From Candidatus Udaeobacter sp. (GTDB lineage: Bacteria; Verrucomicrobiota; Verrucomicrobiia; Chthoniobacterales; UBA10450), in NCBI GenBank assembly GCA_036495465.1, contig DASXMV010000037.1, positions 1-60,370 of the forward strand: DNA of 60,370 nucleotides, in the 5' to 3' direction. The translations under genes and the position numbers were made by a program. Under the pieces are notes generated by a model, which saw only the letters and a program-made list of their open reading frames with translations, had not been told where the DNA came from and searched no databases. Below, one piece after another: positions 12,327 to 21,273 of the stretch (the first letter of the stretch is position 1; the number at the start of each line of letters is the position of its first letter).

Positions 12327-12942
12327 AAGCCACGCTCTTCAGTTCTGTGGGTTCACATTGCTCGAGATCATGCTCGCAGTTGGTATTCTCGGGCTGATGT
12401 CGTTGGCGATTTTTCGTTTCGTTCAATCTAACATGCTGGCGCTCCGCTTATCGTCCGATGTAGCAGCCAGGGATTCTCAGTATGACGGGCTGCGCGATTT
12501 CTTGACGGCGGAATGGCAGAACCTCGGTACCGTCCGATCGAAATTGTACGGTGAACCGTTCAAACTCAACGATCGCGAGCGTGATTGGGTACGATGGACT
12601 TCCGGTGCCGGTCAGGGACTCCTTACGCGGTATGCGCCAGGCGATTTCACAGTGACGCTGCGGTTACAACCAGAAAGCGAAAAAAGCGATCGGCTGGACC
12701 TCGGGCTTTTGCGCAAACCAACGGATGATTCCGATAACGGAGAAGCAAATGAGACTTGGGTGCCATTGATCAAGAACGTGAGCACTCTCCAGATCAGCTA
12801 CTTCAGTCCAAACTTGAACAACTGGATCGATCGCTGGTCAAACACGTCCCAGGCACCATGGCTTGTAAAGCTGACTGTGGGGCGGAATGATTCGACGGTT
12901 CCGTGGGAAGTGATTGTTCCTCTGAGGCGAACTCCATACTGA
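12307..12942 (+). CDS. gspJ: type II secretion minor pseudopilin, GspJ-like
   Basis: N-terminal 'CG|FTLLEIMLAVGILGLMSLAIF' prepilin motif. Size and position after the gspI-like gene fit GspJ. Confidence 0.55.
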   Translation: MFTVRGKSHALQFCGFTLLEIMLAVGILGLMSLAIFRFVQSNMLALRLSSDVAARDSQYDGLRDFLTAEWQNLGTVRSKLYGEPFKLNDRERDWVRWTSGAGQGLLTRYAPGDFTVTLRLQPESEKSDRLDLGLLRKPTDDSDNGEANETWVPLIKNVSTLQISYFSPNLNNWIDRWSNTSQAPWLVKLTVGRNDSTVPWEVIVPLRRTPY

Positions 12943-12944
12943 CA

Positions 12945-13886
12945 ATGAAGACTTCAAGTTCGAAATTGCGCAACGGCGCGGCGCTGATGCTTGCTCTTTG
13001 GGCTCTCTTTTTGCTCAGTGCCATGATCATTTCATGGGCCTTGGATATTAACACGCGGCTGGCGGTTTCAGGCAATGCCAGCCGAGTCTTGGAGGCCGAA
13101 GCCATGGCCTCGTCGGGCGCTGACATCGCGTTACATCCAATGATCAATCCTGATTCTGCGAATCTGCACGGGCAACTAGGCAAACAGGAAGGCTACGATG
13201 TGCAAATGATGGGCGAGTGTGGTCGAATAAATTTGAACCTTCTCGCGCCCGGTGGAGCCGAAAACCCGCCGCTCAAAGAAATCCTGCGCCAATATCTCGG
13301 GCTTAAAGGGGTAGAGCTCAATCAAGTTGATACGATGGTGGACTCTTTGCTGGACTGGATGTCACCACCCGGACTTCATCGCCTGAACGCGTGCCCGGAG
13401 AATGAAAGCTACCAACCCGCGCATTCGGCACTGACATCGATGGACGACCTAAAGAAAATCTGTGGGTGGGCTGACTTTACGTCCAAACCGCACTGGGACG
13501 AAGATTTTACGGTCACTAATTGTGGGGGAGTAATCGACCTTGGCTGGGCTTCGCGCGACATATTACGCGCGGTGGTGCAAGCTTTAGGCACTGGGGGCGA
13601 TGACAGAGTGGATCAATTTTTGCAATTGCGTCGAGGACCCGATGGAATCGATGGCACCGCGGATGACGCGCAACTTGACACGCAAACTGCCCTTCGTACG
13701 CTGGGCTTCCCGAACGGGCAAGTTCCGCAACTTACGGGTCTAAACCTCGGATTTAAAAGCACGCTGGTGTTTCGCGTCACGAGCGTAGGAAAAGCTGGTG
13801 ACGTTACACGTACTGTTCAGATGATAGTATCGAAAACAGGTGCCGCAGGCGGCCGTCCTCAAATAATGAGTTGGAAGGAGCTTTGA
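12945..13886 (+). CDS. gspK: type II secretion minor pseudopilin, GspK-like
   Basis: N-terminal hydrophobic helix 'GAALMLALWALFLLSAMIISWAL' without the Glu+5, as in GspK. It is the largest of the pseudopilins. The ATG at 12945 lies 2 nt after the gspJ stop; the track start at 12903 overlaps gspJ. Confidence 0.55.
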   Translation: MKTSSSKLRNGAALMLALWALFLLSAMIISWALDINTRLAVSGNASRVLEAEAMASSGADIALHPMINPDSANLHGQLGKQEGYDVQMMGECGRINLNLLAPGGAENPPLKEILRQYLGLKGVELNQVDTMVDSLLDWMSPPGLHRLNACPENESYQPAHSALTSMDDLKKICGWADFTSKPHWDEDFTVTNCGGVIDLGWASRDILRAVVQALGTGGDDRVDQFLQLRRGPDGIDGTADDAQLDTQTALRTLGFPNGQVPQLTGLNLGFKSTLVFRVTSVGKAGDVTRTVQMIVSKTGAAGGRPQIMSWKEL

Positions 13887-13899
13887 TCCTGAGACAAGG

Positions 13900-15159
13900 A
13901 TGCCATCGATTTTTATAATTCCAACGGCGCACGGATGGAATTTGGTACGTGCGACGACGCAAAAACCATCGGAGCAAGCTGCTGTCAGGTCGGCCCAGAA
14001 CGACTCATGGAACGTGCGAAAACTGGAGACGCTTGGAGAAGCCGTGCCGTTGCTTTCACCAGCTGATGATTTTGTTCTCGGGTTGCCGGTTGCCGCCATA
14101 CTCGCGCAGCGGTTTCGGCTGCCAAGTGTCGATCCGGCAGAATTCCCCGAAATGATTCGGATCCAGATCGAAAAAGTCTTGCCGTTCTCGGCAGATGAAG
14201 TGACCACCGACTTTGAAGTGATCGCGCAGGATGACAATGAAAGCGTGGTCTCAGCCGTGGCGATTAGAAATGAACGGCTTGCAGAGATTGCTGCTCCCTT
14301 GCTTGATGGGGGTCTCATCCCGCGGCAGGTCACCGTCTATGCGGCGCAGCGCGCGGGCACTTACGCGCCTAACGGAAATGCTCTTCTGATTTATCCGGAA
14401 GGCGAGACGCTCGTTTACGCCATGACGGAAAATGGCAAACTGAGCCTTGCGCGGGTTTTTGAAAACGGCAACGGGGAGCAATTGCAACTGGAGTTGCCCC
14501 AATTGCGAATGAGCGCGGAGTTGCAGGGTATCAATGCTTCCTCTCCAAATGTGTTGTTGGATGAAAGCTGCTACCAGATGCGGGATACTGTTCAGGGAAT
14601 CCTGGCAAGTTCCCCGGAGATTGTCGGGATTGAGCTGCCACCCGCCACCGTAAAACTGAATCTGCTGCCGGAAAGCTGGCGGCGCCGTCGCTCGCAATTA
14701 ATCAGGCAATCGGAATGGCGAAAGAGACTCGTGTGGATAGGTGGCGCTTACATCGCGTTTCTTCTTCTTTTGTTTGCGTATCTGGGCTTGCTCGGTTTTG
14801 AAAGAGGAAATCTCGATCGACGCATCGCGCGCGATGCCCCTGAGACGCAATTCGTACGGGCGACGGAAAAAAATTGGAAGGCACTCTCTCCCGCCATCGA
14901 TGCGCGTTACTATCCTGTCGAGATTTTGCTGCATCTTTTCGAGAGTTTGCCGTCACCTGAGGTGCGGATCACTGCGTACAATCAGTCAGCGCGAGAGATT
15001 TCCATTGATGGCGAAGCGAATACAGCCGCTCTTGCATATCAGTTCATTGAAAAGATCAAAAAAAATCCCGATTTGCGAGTCTTTCAATTCGACATGCCTG
15101 CGCCTCGCATCCTGCCAAACGACCACGCGCAGTTCCGATTGGAGGGGAAACCGCGATGA
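13900..15159 (+). CDS. GspL-like assembly-platform protein (PilM-like cytoplasmic domain + TM + PilN-like periplasmic domain)
   Basis: 419 aa with a central 'LNLLPESWRRRR' followed by the TM segment 'LVWIGGAYIAFLLLLFAYLGLLGF', which is a PilN/GspL hallmark. Its position after gspK fits, and its stop overlaps the next start (ATGATG). Confidence 0.5.
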   Translation: MPSIFIIPTAHGWNLVRATTQKPSEQAAVRSAQNDSWNVRKLETLGEAVPLLSPADDFVLGLPVAAILAQRFRLPSVDPAEFPEMIRIQIEKVLPFSADEVTTDFEVIAQDDNESVVSAVAIRNERLAEIAAPLLDGGLIPRQVTVYAAQRAGTYAPNGNALLIYPEGETLVYAMTENGKLSLARVFENGNGEQLQLELPQLRMSAELQGINASSPNVLLDESCYQMRDTVQGILASSPEIVGIELPPATVKLNLLPESWRRRRSQLIRQSEWRKRLVWIGGAYIAFLLLLFAYLGLLGFERGNLDRRIARDAPETQFVRATEKNWKALSPAIDARYYPVEILLHLFESLPSPEVRITAYNQSAREISIDGEANTAALAYQFIEKIKKNPDLRVFQFDMPAPRILPNDHAQFRLEGKPR

Positions 15160-15707
15160 TGCCGGCGTGGTATCAGCGGATGAATTCACGCGAGCGCATC
15201 CTCGCATGGGTAGCGGCCGGCACGGTGCTTGTGTTGCTCAATCTTTTTATTTTAAACTGGCTTTTCGGCTCACTCGGCAGCGCGCAAAAGCAAATCGCAG
15301 TTCGAAGGGCAACATTGGCCGAACAAAATCTGTTCGTGAAGGAACGGGATCTCTGGACAAAACGCGACGAATGGATCCGCCAACATCAACCAACGCTGAA
15401 GAATCCAGCGGAAGCCTCAGCACTGCTTGATCAATTAAAGGAGATAGCTGGCAAATACAATGTTCTGATTGAGAACCCCGCGATTGGTTCCGGCGAAACA
15501 ACGCCCTATCACCAGACCGTTTTTGCTTCCATCGAAACAAAGAGTCCGTGGCCCCCTTTGGTCCATTTTCTGTATGATGTACAGCGACCGGATGCCTTTA
15601 TCGTGTTTGAGAGTGTCAACCTTGCGATTGACGGCAATGATCCAACCGTGATGCGGGGCAGATTTAAAATCGCCCGTTGGTTTGCTCCCGCGCAACGAAC
15701 AAAGTAA
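15156..15707 (+). CDS. GspM/PilO-like assembly-platform protein
   Basis: 183 aa with a single N-terminal TM (ILAWVAAGTVLVLLNLFILNWLF), then a coiled-coil segment and a small alpha/beta C-terminal domain. It is translationally coupled to the GspL-like gene. Confidence 0.45.
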   Translation: MMPAWYQRMNSRERILAWVAAGTVLVLLNLFILNWLFGSLGSAQKQIAVRRATLAEQNLFVKERDLWTKRDEWIRQHQPTLKNPAEASALLDQLKEIAGKYNVLIENPAIGSGETTPYHQTVFASIETKSPWPPLVHFLYDVQRPDAFIVFESVNLAIDGNDPTVMRGRFKIARWFAPAQRTK

Positions 15708-15725
15708 TATTGGGTTAGTCGATTT

Positions 15726-16340
15726 ATGAAATATTCGCTTACTGTAATTTCAGTCGCCATTTTGCTCGGAGCGATCTGCGTGCAGGCCGACGATGTTCTG
15801 CCACCCCAGTTCGCCTATGATCGTTACTCCAAAATGGTGGATAAGTCCCCCTTCGCTATCGCAACTGCAGTGGCGGGGCCTGCAGCAACGCCCGATTTCG
15901 CCAAGGACCTTTACGTGGCTAACGCAGCGCGGTCATCCGAGGGCGACTTGGTGACACTGGCTTCGACTTCCGATCACAATTTCAAGAAGTATCTTACCAC
16001 TAAAGCACCGATGGACGGCTACAGCATCGCTAGTATCGAATGGTCGGAGCGCGTCGGCGCAACCAAGGTGACGATCAGTAAGGACGGCAATTTTGCAACG
16101 ATCACGTTTAACCAGGCGCTCCTGCAACAAGCTGCGCCCAGCGGGCCAGTGGCTGCCAGAATGCTCACGCCACCTGGCCTTCCGGGATCTGCTGTTGCAC
16201 CCAAATTACCGCCAGGATTGCCCGAAGGGCTTCAACAGTTGGTTCCACCGAGCCGGGAGGTTCGAAATCCTCACGCGCGGGGCTTGATTCAACGCGGCTC
16301 AAGGGGCGGAAGGACGCAGGGATCAGGCAGTAAAAACTAG
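15726..16340 (+). CDS. secreted protein, possible PilP/GspC (HR-domain)-like component with a Pro-rich basic tail
   Basis: 204 aa with signal peptide 'MKYSLTVISVAILLGAICVQA'. A 'DKSPF' motif is followed by a small beta-rich domain (GDLVTLAS...DGYSIASIEW...KVTISKDG). It is the last gene of the plus-strand T2SS-like operon. The functional call is weak. Confidence 0.35.
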   Translation: MKYSLTVISVAILLGAICVQADDVLPPQFAYDRYSKMVDKSPFAIATAVAGPAATPDFAKDLYVANAARSSEGDLVTLASTSDHNFKKYLTTKAPMDGYSIASIEWSERVGATKVTISKDGNFATITFNQALLQQAAPSGPVAARMLTPPGLPGSAVAPKLPPGLPEGLQQLVPPSREVRNPHARGLIQRGSRGGRTQGSGSKN

Positions 16341-16359
16341 GACGATTGCGGCCCGAGGG

Positions 16360-16779
16360 CTAACCACCGCCCCAATCATCATCCGCCGTGTCGGCTTGAC
16401 GATCCGCTCCGGCAGAATACAAATCGTAGCCGCCAGGGTTTTTGAGGCCAGGAGAGCGATAAATATAATCGTTTCCCCATGGATCCTTGGGAAGTTCTCT
16501 GAATAACTGATACCAGCGCGCTGGCCTCGGGTCCTTGTCCGGCTGCGTCACCAACGCCTGCAGGCCCTGCTCGGTTGTGGGATAAAAGCCGTTCAGGCTC
16601 TCATACAACTGCAGTTGCGTCTTGATTGCCTGGACGTCCGCTTGAACGCGCATGGTTTTTGCAATGGCAGTAGTGTTGCCGAGCTTTGAAATCGCCACTC
16701 CCAATATGATCACGATAATGCTCACCACGAGCATGATTTCCAGCAGCGTGAAGCCCTGTTGTTTTCTTTTCATTCTCAT
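16360..16779 (-). CDS. gspG: type II secretion major pseudopilin GspG
   Basis: 'QG|FTLLEIMLVVSIIVIILGVAI' prepilin motif plus the GspG-specific 'YPTTEQGLQALV' and 'DPWGNDYIYRSPG...YDLYSAGADRQADTADD' calcium-loop region. Confidence 0.9.
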   Translation of the reverse strand: MRMKRKQQGFTLLEIMLVVSIIVIILGVAISKLGNTTAIAKTMRVQADVQAIKTQLQLYESLNGFYPTTEQGLQALVTQPDKDPRPARWYQLFRELPKDPWGNDYIYRSPGLKNPGGYDLYSAGADRQADTADDDWGGG

Positions 16780-16842
16780 TTCGATAAAGGAGTCACCCCT
16801 CCCATTCTGTGGGTGCTACACTACGCTGCCCCCTAAGAATTT

Positions 16843-17913
16843 CTAGTGCGCGGTGCGCAATAGATAATCCGACTTGTCCCAGAGATACTTTAATTGAATC
16901 TGTGTCGAGCGGATTGCCGCAGTTGCGGTATCGGTAGTGCCGTTTCCGACGACTAAATCGTTCGTGCCTGTCTTCAGACTCGACGCCGGCACAATTTTCT
17001 GGGCTCGAAGCCAGCCAGTATAGTTGAACTGCATCTGCGCGGAGAGCGGTTGCGATGCACCGCGGTAAGCGGGGTCGGAAAGGTCTGGTAGCATAAGAGA
17101 AGCAGGACCGATATCTTGGCCGTTGAGATAAATTTCCGGCGGAGCGTCAATGCGCGGATTAGCAATTTCGAAAGTCAGCAGTGCCGTCAAAGGTAGCGCT
17201 TCAATTGGAAATTGAAATGCGGCGCTTTCTTGAGCTTGTCCGCCAATCCGGATTACATCCGCTGCAAGCGTCGCTGTGACTGTTCCAAAATTTTCAACAT
17301 CATCCGGTGGCGCGTGCAGCGCCGGCACCGACGAGAAAGGTTCGGGAATCATGTCCCGATGTTCCGTGTTCGCAGGATGAACGACTTCACTGCTTGCCAT
17401 CCAGTCGAGATATGCCCCTCGCACTGTTTTTCCGTCTCCCGGCACTTCGATGTCGATGGAAGAAGCGCCAGTCATCGGAATGAGCACCGAATCGGAGCTC
17501 GGTAAATTCATTCCTGCACCAAGCGTGCCGGAGCGCAAAACATGTGTGCCAGATTCATCCCAGGCGACCAATTCGGGCTGCTGATCCGCTTTGTCATCGA
17601 AGAAAAGACGGAAAAAAAGAACCTGATAGTCCGGGCTTGGCTGGGTGACGCGAATTCGAAAGACGCTTTTGGACATGGTCGTTCCGGCTTCCGTCGTCTC
17701 AGCCGGCAACAGGGTCAGCGCTTCCACCCACGAAGGAGCGTTTTGTGGTTTTGAATTTTGAGCGTCATTTTGGCGTAGATCGATCCAGGCGCTTTCCGGG
17801 ATCGGCTGCTGCGTCGCGTCGGTGTGAACGGGGAGAGCATCCGTAAAGGCTTCTTGTGCGTATACGCGAAATGTCGCGGCGAAGAAAATCGCAAGAACGA
17901 CGCGAAGTAACAT
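16843..17913 (-). CDS. hypothetical secreted protein encoded between gspF and gspG
   Basis: 356-aa ORF with signal peptide 'MLLRVVLAIFFAATFRVYAQ'. I recognise no motif. The composition is beta-rich. Confidence 0.6.
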   Translation of the reverse strand: MLLRVVLAIFFAATFRVYAQEAFTDALPVHTDATQQPIPESAWIDLRQNDAQNSKPQNAPSWVEALTLLPAETTEAGTTMSKSVFRIRVTQPSPDYQVLFFRLFFDDKADQQPELVAWDESGTHVLRSGTLGAGMNLPSSDSVLIPMTGASSIDIEVPGDGKTVRGAYLDWMASSEVVHPANTEHRDMIPEPFSSVPALHAPPDDVENFGTVTATLAADVIRIGGQAQESAAFQFPIEALPLTALLTFEIANPRIDAPPEIYLNGQDIGPASLMLPDLSDPAYRGASQPLSAQMQFNYTGWLRAQKIVPASSLKTGTNDLVVGNGTTDTATAAIRSTQIQLKYLWDKSDYLLRTAH

Positions 17914-17963
17914 TGGAGGCGGCGAGATTATTCGAGGGGAGGCTTGATTGCAAGCTCTCAGTT

Positions 17964-19208
17964 TTAGTGCGGTCTGATTTGGAGACTGTGTGTCATTTCG
18001 AATACTGCCGACAAAATGCTAAAAACAACCAGGCCAACGAGCGCAGCGATCACGACGATGATGACGGGCGGAATAAGTTGCGAGATCAAGCCAACCGTCC
18101 GGTCCAACTCGCGCTCATAAACATCCGCAATCGCCTGCATAGTTTCAGCGAAGTGTCCTGTCTGTTCTCCTACCGACATCATGTCCGTGAACAAATCAGG
18201 GAACATTTTTTGCGCTTGAAGAGCGGCTGAGAGAGTCGCGCCGTCGATCACTGCCTTACGCACCTCGCTCAACTTGAGTTCGAGGAATCGATTTCCTGCG
18301 ATTTCAGTTACCAGATCGAGCGCGCGCAGCAGGGGTATTCCATTTTCCATCAATGTTCCCAGGGTGCGCGAGAACTGTGCGTAGTAGCGATGGCGAATAA
18401 CCCGCCCGTATCCGGGAATCATCAACTTGAAGCGATCCCAGGTCGTCCGCCCTTCGTCGTTGCGCACCAGCGCTCGGAAACCGATCACTGCGCTAACCCC
18501 AGCCAGCACGCCAACCCACCAATATCCGGTAATGGCATGATGAAGCTGCAGCAGAATCCGGGTAGGCAATGGAAGCGCCCCACCGGTTTGCGCCATGAAT
18601 CCGGTCAGCTGCGGGACCATGAATGTTATGAAGATTGTAATAAGAACTGCGCCGGCCAGCGCCAGAAATGCCGGATAGATCAGTGCCTGTTGTACTCGAT
18701 CTCGGAGGTCTTTCGCCTGCATCAGATGTTTAACGAGCCGGAGGAGAATCTGCGGCAACGCTCCGCTTGCCTCTCCCGCAGCGACAAGGTTTACATAAAG
18801 CGGCGGAAAAATTCGTGGCAGCTCACTCAATGCCTGCGAGAAACTGCGCCCATCGACTAGCGCTTGATGCAACGCATGGGTCATTTGCTGAACGCGCGGT
18901 TGCTTCAAACGTTTCTCCAGAACCGACAAACCTTCGTCGAGCGTCATGCCCGCTTGGAGCAAATGGGCGAGCTGCTCGGTGAACACGAGCAACTGGCCGT
19001 GCGGAATTTTCAGATTCTGCGTGGGCGCTGCGGGCGGTGCGCCATCACGTTTAGGCGCTTTGGGATCCGGTCCTACGAGGTCGATTCGGACGGGAATACA
19101 TTTTTGCAATTCAATTTGTCGGATCGCGATTGCTCGATCTGCGCAATCGAGTACGCCCTCAACGAGGCTGCCCTGCGCATCCCGGGCACGATATGCAAAT
19201 TGTGGCAT
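17964..19208 (-). CDS. gspF: type II secretion system protein F (GspF/PilC family inner-membrane platform)
   Basis: 414 aa with the two-fold repeated T2SS-F architecture and three TM segments. 'LSVLEKRL', 'AGEASGALPQIL' and 'VGEQTGHFAETMQAIADVYE' match GspF family blocks. Confidence 0.88.
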   Translation of the reverse strand: MPQFAYRARDAQGSLVEGVLDCADRAIAIRQIELQKCIPVRIDLVGPDPKAPKRDGAPPAAPTQNLKIPHGQLLVFTEQLAHLLQAGMTLDEGLSVLEKRLKQPRVQQMTHALHQALVDGRSFSQALSELPRIFPPLYVNLVAAGEASGALPQILLRLVKHLMQAKDLRDRVQQALIYPAFLALAGAVLITIFITFMVPQLTGFMAQTGGALPLPTRILLQLHHAITGYWWVGVLAGVSAVIGFRALVRNDEGRTTWDRFKLMIPGYGRVIRHRYYAQFSRTLGTLMENGIPLLRALDLVTEIAGNRFLELKLSEVRKAVIDGATLSAALQAQKMFPDLFTDMMSVGEQTGHFAETMQAIADVYERELDRTVGLISQLIPPVIIVVIAALVGLVVFSILSAVFEMTHSLQIRPH

Positions 19209-19419
19209 CGGCGTGAAAATTAATCGGAAACCGAAGATCTCAAACTGGAATCTGCTTCACCAGCATTGGATGGCCAGAAGGTTACATGGTTGAAAGAATC
19301 TTTTTCGAACTGTTGTAGCTTTTTAACCAATCACGCATGCCCTGCATTTGTCCTTAATTACCGTGATCGCGAAAAAATTTTGCTTGCGATGTCGCTTGAT
19401 CCTGCTAAGAGCGGCGGAC

Positions 19420-19599
19420 ATGAAGTGTGCAACCCTGTTCGTACTCGTCTGTATTGCGTTTGTAACGCCAGCCTTCGCGGTTTTACGACCGCTCTTCCCT
19501 GCAAAGCCAGCGCCGCCGTTTAGCGGCGAACTAACTGCGATCGGAAACGATTCGTTTCGATCTTCTCCCGAAGAGGTTCTCACCAAAGCGCCGAGATAG
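19420..19599 (+). CDS. small hypothetical secreted protein (59 aa)
   Basis: Internal ATG of the 83-aa track ORF. It gives 'MKCATLFVLVCIAFVTPAFA|VLRPLFPAKPAPPF...', a clean signal peptide. There is no other support. Confidence 0.3.
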   Translation: MKCATLFVLVCIAFVTPAFAVLRPLFPAKPAPPFSGELTAIGNDSFRSSPEEVLTKAPR

Positions 19600-19670
19600 A
19601 CCCTGTCGCGCGCCGCGACCTTTGTAATTGCGAGTAACGGAATGCGCACTTACAAAGTTGCGTTGCGACG

Positions 19671-20297
19671 ATGAGAGAGCTGCGCGAATGCCGTCTTTAC
19701 GGCATCATTGATCTCGGCTACATCCCCCGCGCGCGGGATTGCTGTAGTATTGCCGAACAAATGGTCGACGGCGGCGTGGATCTCATTCAGCTCCGCGGAA
19801 AAGAAAAGTCGATCGAGGAGTTGATTAATCTGGCGGCTGAGATTCATGAAATTACCGCCCGGTCCGACACGCCGCTGATCGTGAATGATCATGCCGAGGT
19901 CGCGGCGCGAGTTCCCGTCGAAGGCGTGCATGTTGGACAGGACGACGATTCAATCTTTTTCGCGCGTCAAAGAGCCGGAAGAAATTTAATTGTCGGTAAA
20001 TCGACGCACAGCCTGGCCCAGGCGTTCGCGGCGCAGAGCGAAGGCGCCGACTACATAGGCTTTGGGCCGATCTTTGCCACACCAACAAAACCGGATTACA
20101 GGCCCATTGGACTGGGCGACATCAGGCAAGTCCATCTCGATGTCGCTATCCCGATTTTTTGTATCGGGGGCATCAACATCGATAATCTTCAACGAGTGAT
20201 CGACGCCGGGGCTAACCGCGTCGTAATGGTTTCGGCTTTGCTTAACGCGCACAGCATTGTTGATTACGCGCGCTGCGCAACCGATATGCTTGCCTAG
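19671..20297 (+). CDS. thiE: thiamine-phosphate synthase
   Basis: 208 aa. 'LYGIID', 'VDLIQLRGKE', 'LIVNDH' and 'GADYIGFGPIFATPTK' are typical ThiE TIM-barrel motifs. Confidence 0.9.
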   Translation: MRELRECRLYGIIDLGYIPRARDCCSIAEQMVDGGVDLIQLRGKEKSIEELINLAAEIHEITARSDTPLIVNDHAEVAARVPVEGVHVGQDDDSIFFARQRAGRNLIVGKSTHSLAQAFAAQSEGADYIGFGPIFATPTKPDYRPIGLGDIRQVHLDVAIPIFCIGGINIDNLQRVIDAGANRVVMVSALLNAHSIVDYARCATDMLA

Positions 20298-20355
20298 CAA
20301 AGACCACTAACTACCTGAGGCTGCCTTTACCTGTAATCTTTGACTATTTCTGACC

Positions 20356-21273
20356 ATGTCCGTTCTCGTTGTTGGCTCAATCGCAATTGACACAGTAAAG
20401 ACGCCCGTAGAAGAACATTTCGACTTGTTAGGCGGGTCTGCTTCCTACGCTGCGTTGGGCGCCAGTTTTTTTTCACCTGTTCGATTGGTCGGAATTGTGG
20501 GCAACGACTTTCCCGAAACGGAATTCGAGTTTTGGAGATCGCGTAAAATCGACAGTGAAGGCGTGCAGCGCGCGAATGGAAAAACTTTCCGCTGGTCGGG
20601 CGAATACTCCTGGGATCTGAACACGCGCGAGACCCGTTCCATAGCGCTAAACGTCTTCGAAGACTTCAAGCCGGCGCTGCCGGCGTCGTATCGCGAAACC
20701 GATTTCGTTTTGTTGGCCAACATCGCGCCCTCGTTGCAAGCCCATGTGCTCGACCAGATGAAGCGTCCGCGTTTTGTGGTCGCTGATACGATGGATCTAT
20801 GGATCGCGACAGCACGACCGGACCTCGATGCTCTGCTTCGGCGTGTAGACCTGTTGATTCTCAATGACAGCGAAGCGCGGGAAATCACCAGGGAAACGAG
20901 TCTCATCAAGGCAGGCCGCAGCATTCGCAAAATGGGTCCGCAGTACGTCGCGATAAAGAAAGGCGAGCACGGCGCTCTGCTTTTTGGCGAAGGCGATCAA
21001 TTTTTCAGTTGCGGCGCCTATCCGCTTGAAGACATCCACGATCCAACCGGCGCAGGGGACACATTTGCCGGTGGAATGGCAGGCTATCTCGCCGGTACTG
21101 TGAAAAAAGTTCACTTTAATGACTTACGGAGAGCGATAATTTACGGTAGCGTCCTGGCCAGTTTTTGCGTGGAAGCATTTAGTCTGGAGCGATTGCGCAC
21201 CCTATCGATGGAAGAAATCGCGAAGCGCTACGAGACATTCAAGCTAATGAGTCAGTTCGAGATTCCGGGGTGA
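20356..21273 (+). CDS. PfkB-family carbohydrate/nucleoside kinase
   Basis: 'VVGSIAIDTV...GGSASYAA' N-terminal motif and 'DPTGAGDTFAGGMAGYL' PfkB signature 2. Confidence 0.8.
   Translation: MSVLVVGSIAIDTVKTPVEEHFDLLGGSASYAALGASFFSPVRLVGIVGNDFPETEFEFWRSRKIDSEGVQRANGKTFRWSGEYSWDLNTRETRSIALNVFEDFKPALPASYRETDFVLLANIAPSLQAHVLDQMKRPRFVVADTMDLWIATARPDLDALLRRVDLLILNDSEAREITRETSLIKAGRSIRKMGPQYVAIKKGEHGALLFGEGDQFFSCGAYPLEDIHDPTGAGDTFAGGMAGYLAGTVKKVHFNDLRRAIIYGSVLASFCVEAFSLERLRTLSMEEIAKRYETFKLMSQFEIPG

Noticed and set aside
13740-14333. 197-aa minus-strand ORF across the gspK/gspL-like junction, and the 229-aa plus-strand ORF at 14741-15430
   Set aside because: Both lie entirely within better-supported pseudopilin or platform genes and have low-complexity Ser/Arg/Cys-rich composition. 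They are probably frame shadows in GC-rich coding DNA.
19600-19670. TPP riboswitch upstream of thiE
   Set aside because: I could not find the conserved CUGAGA and pyrimidine-sensor helix sequences. The region is only about 70 nt after the small ORF. An Infernal scan would be needed to be sure.
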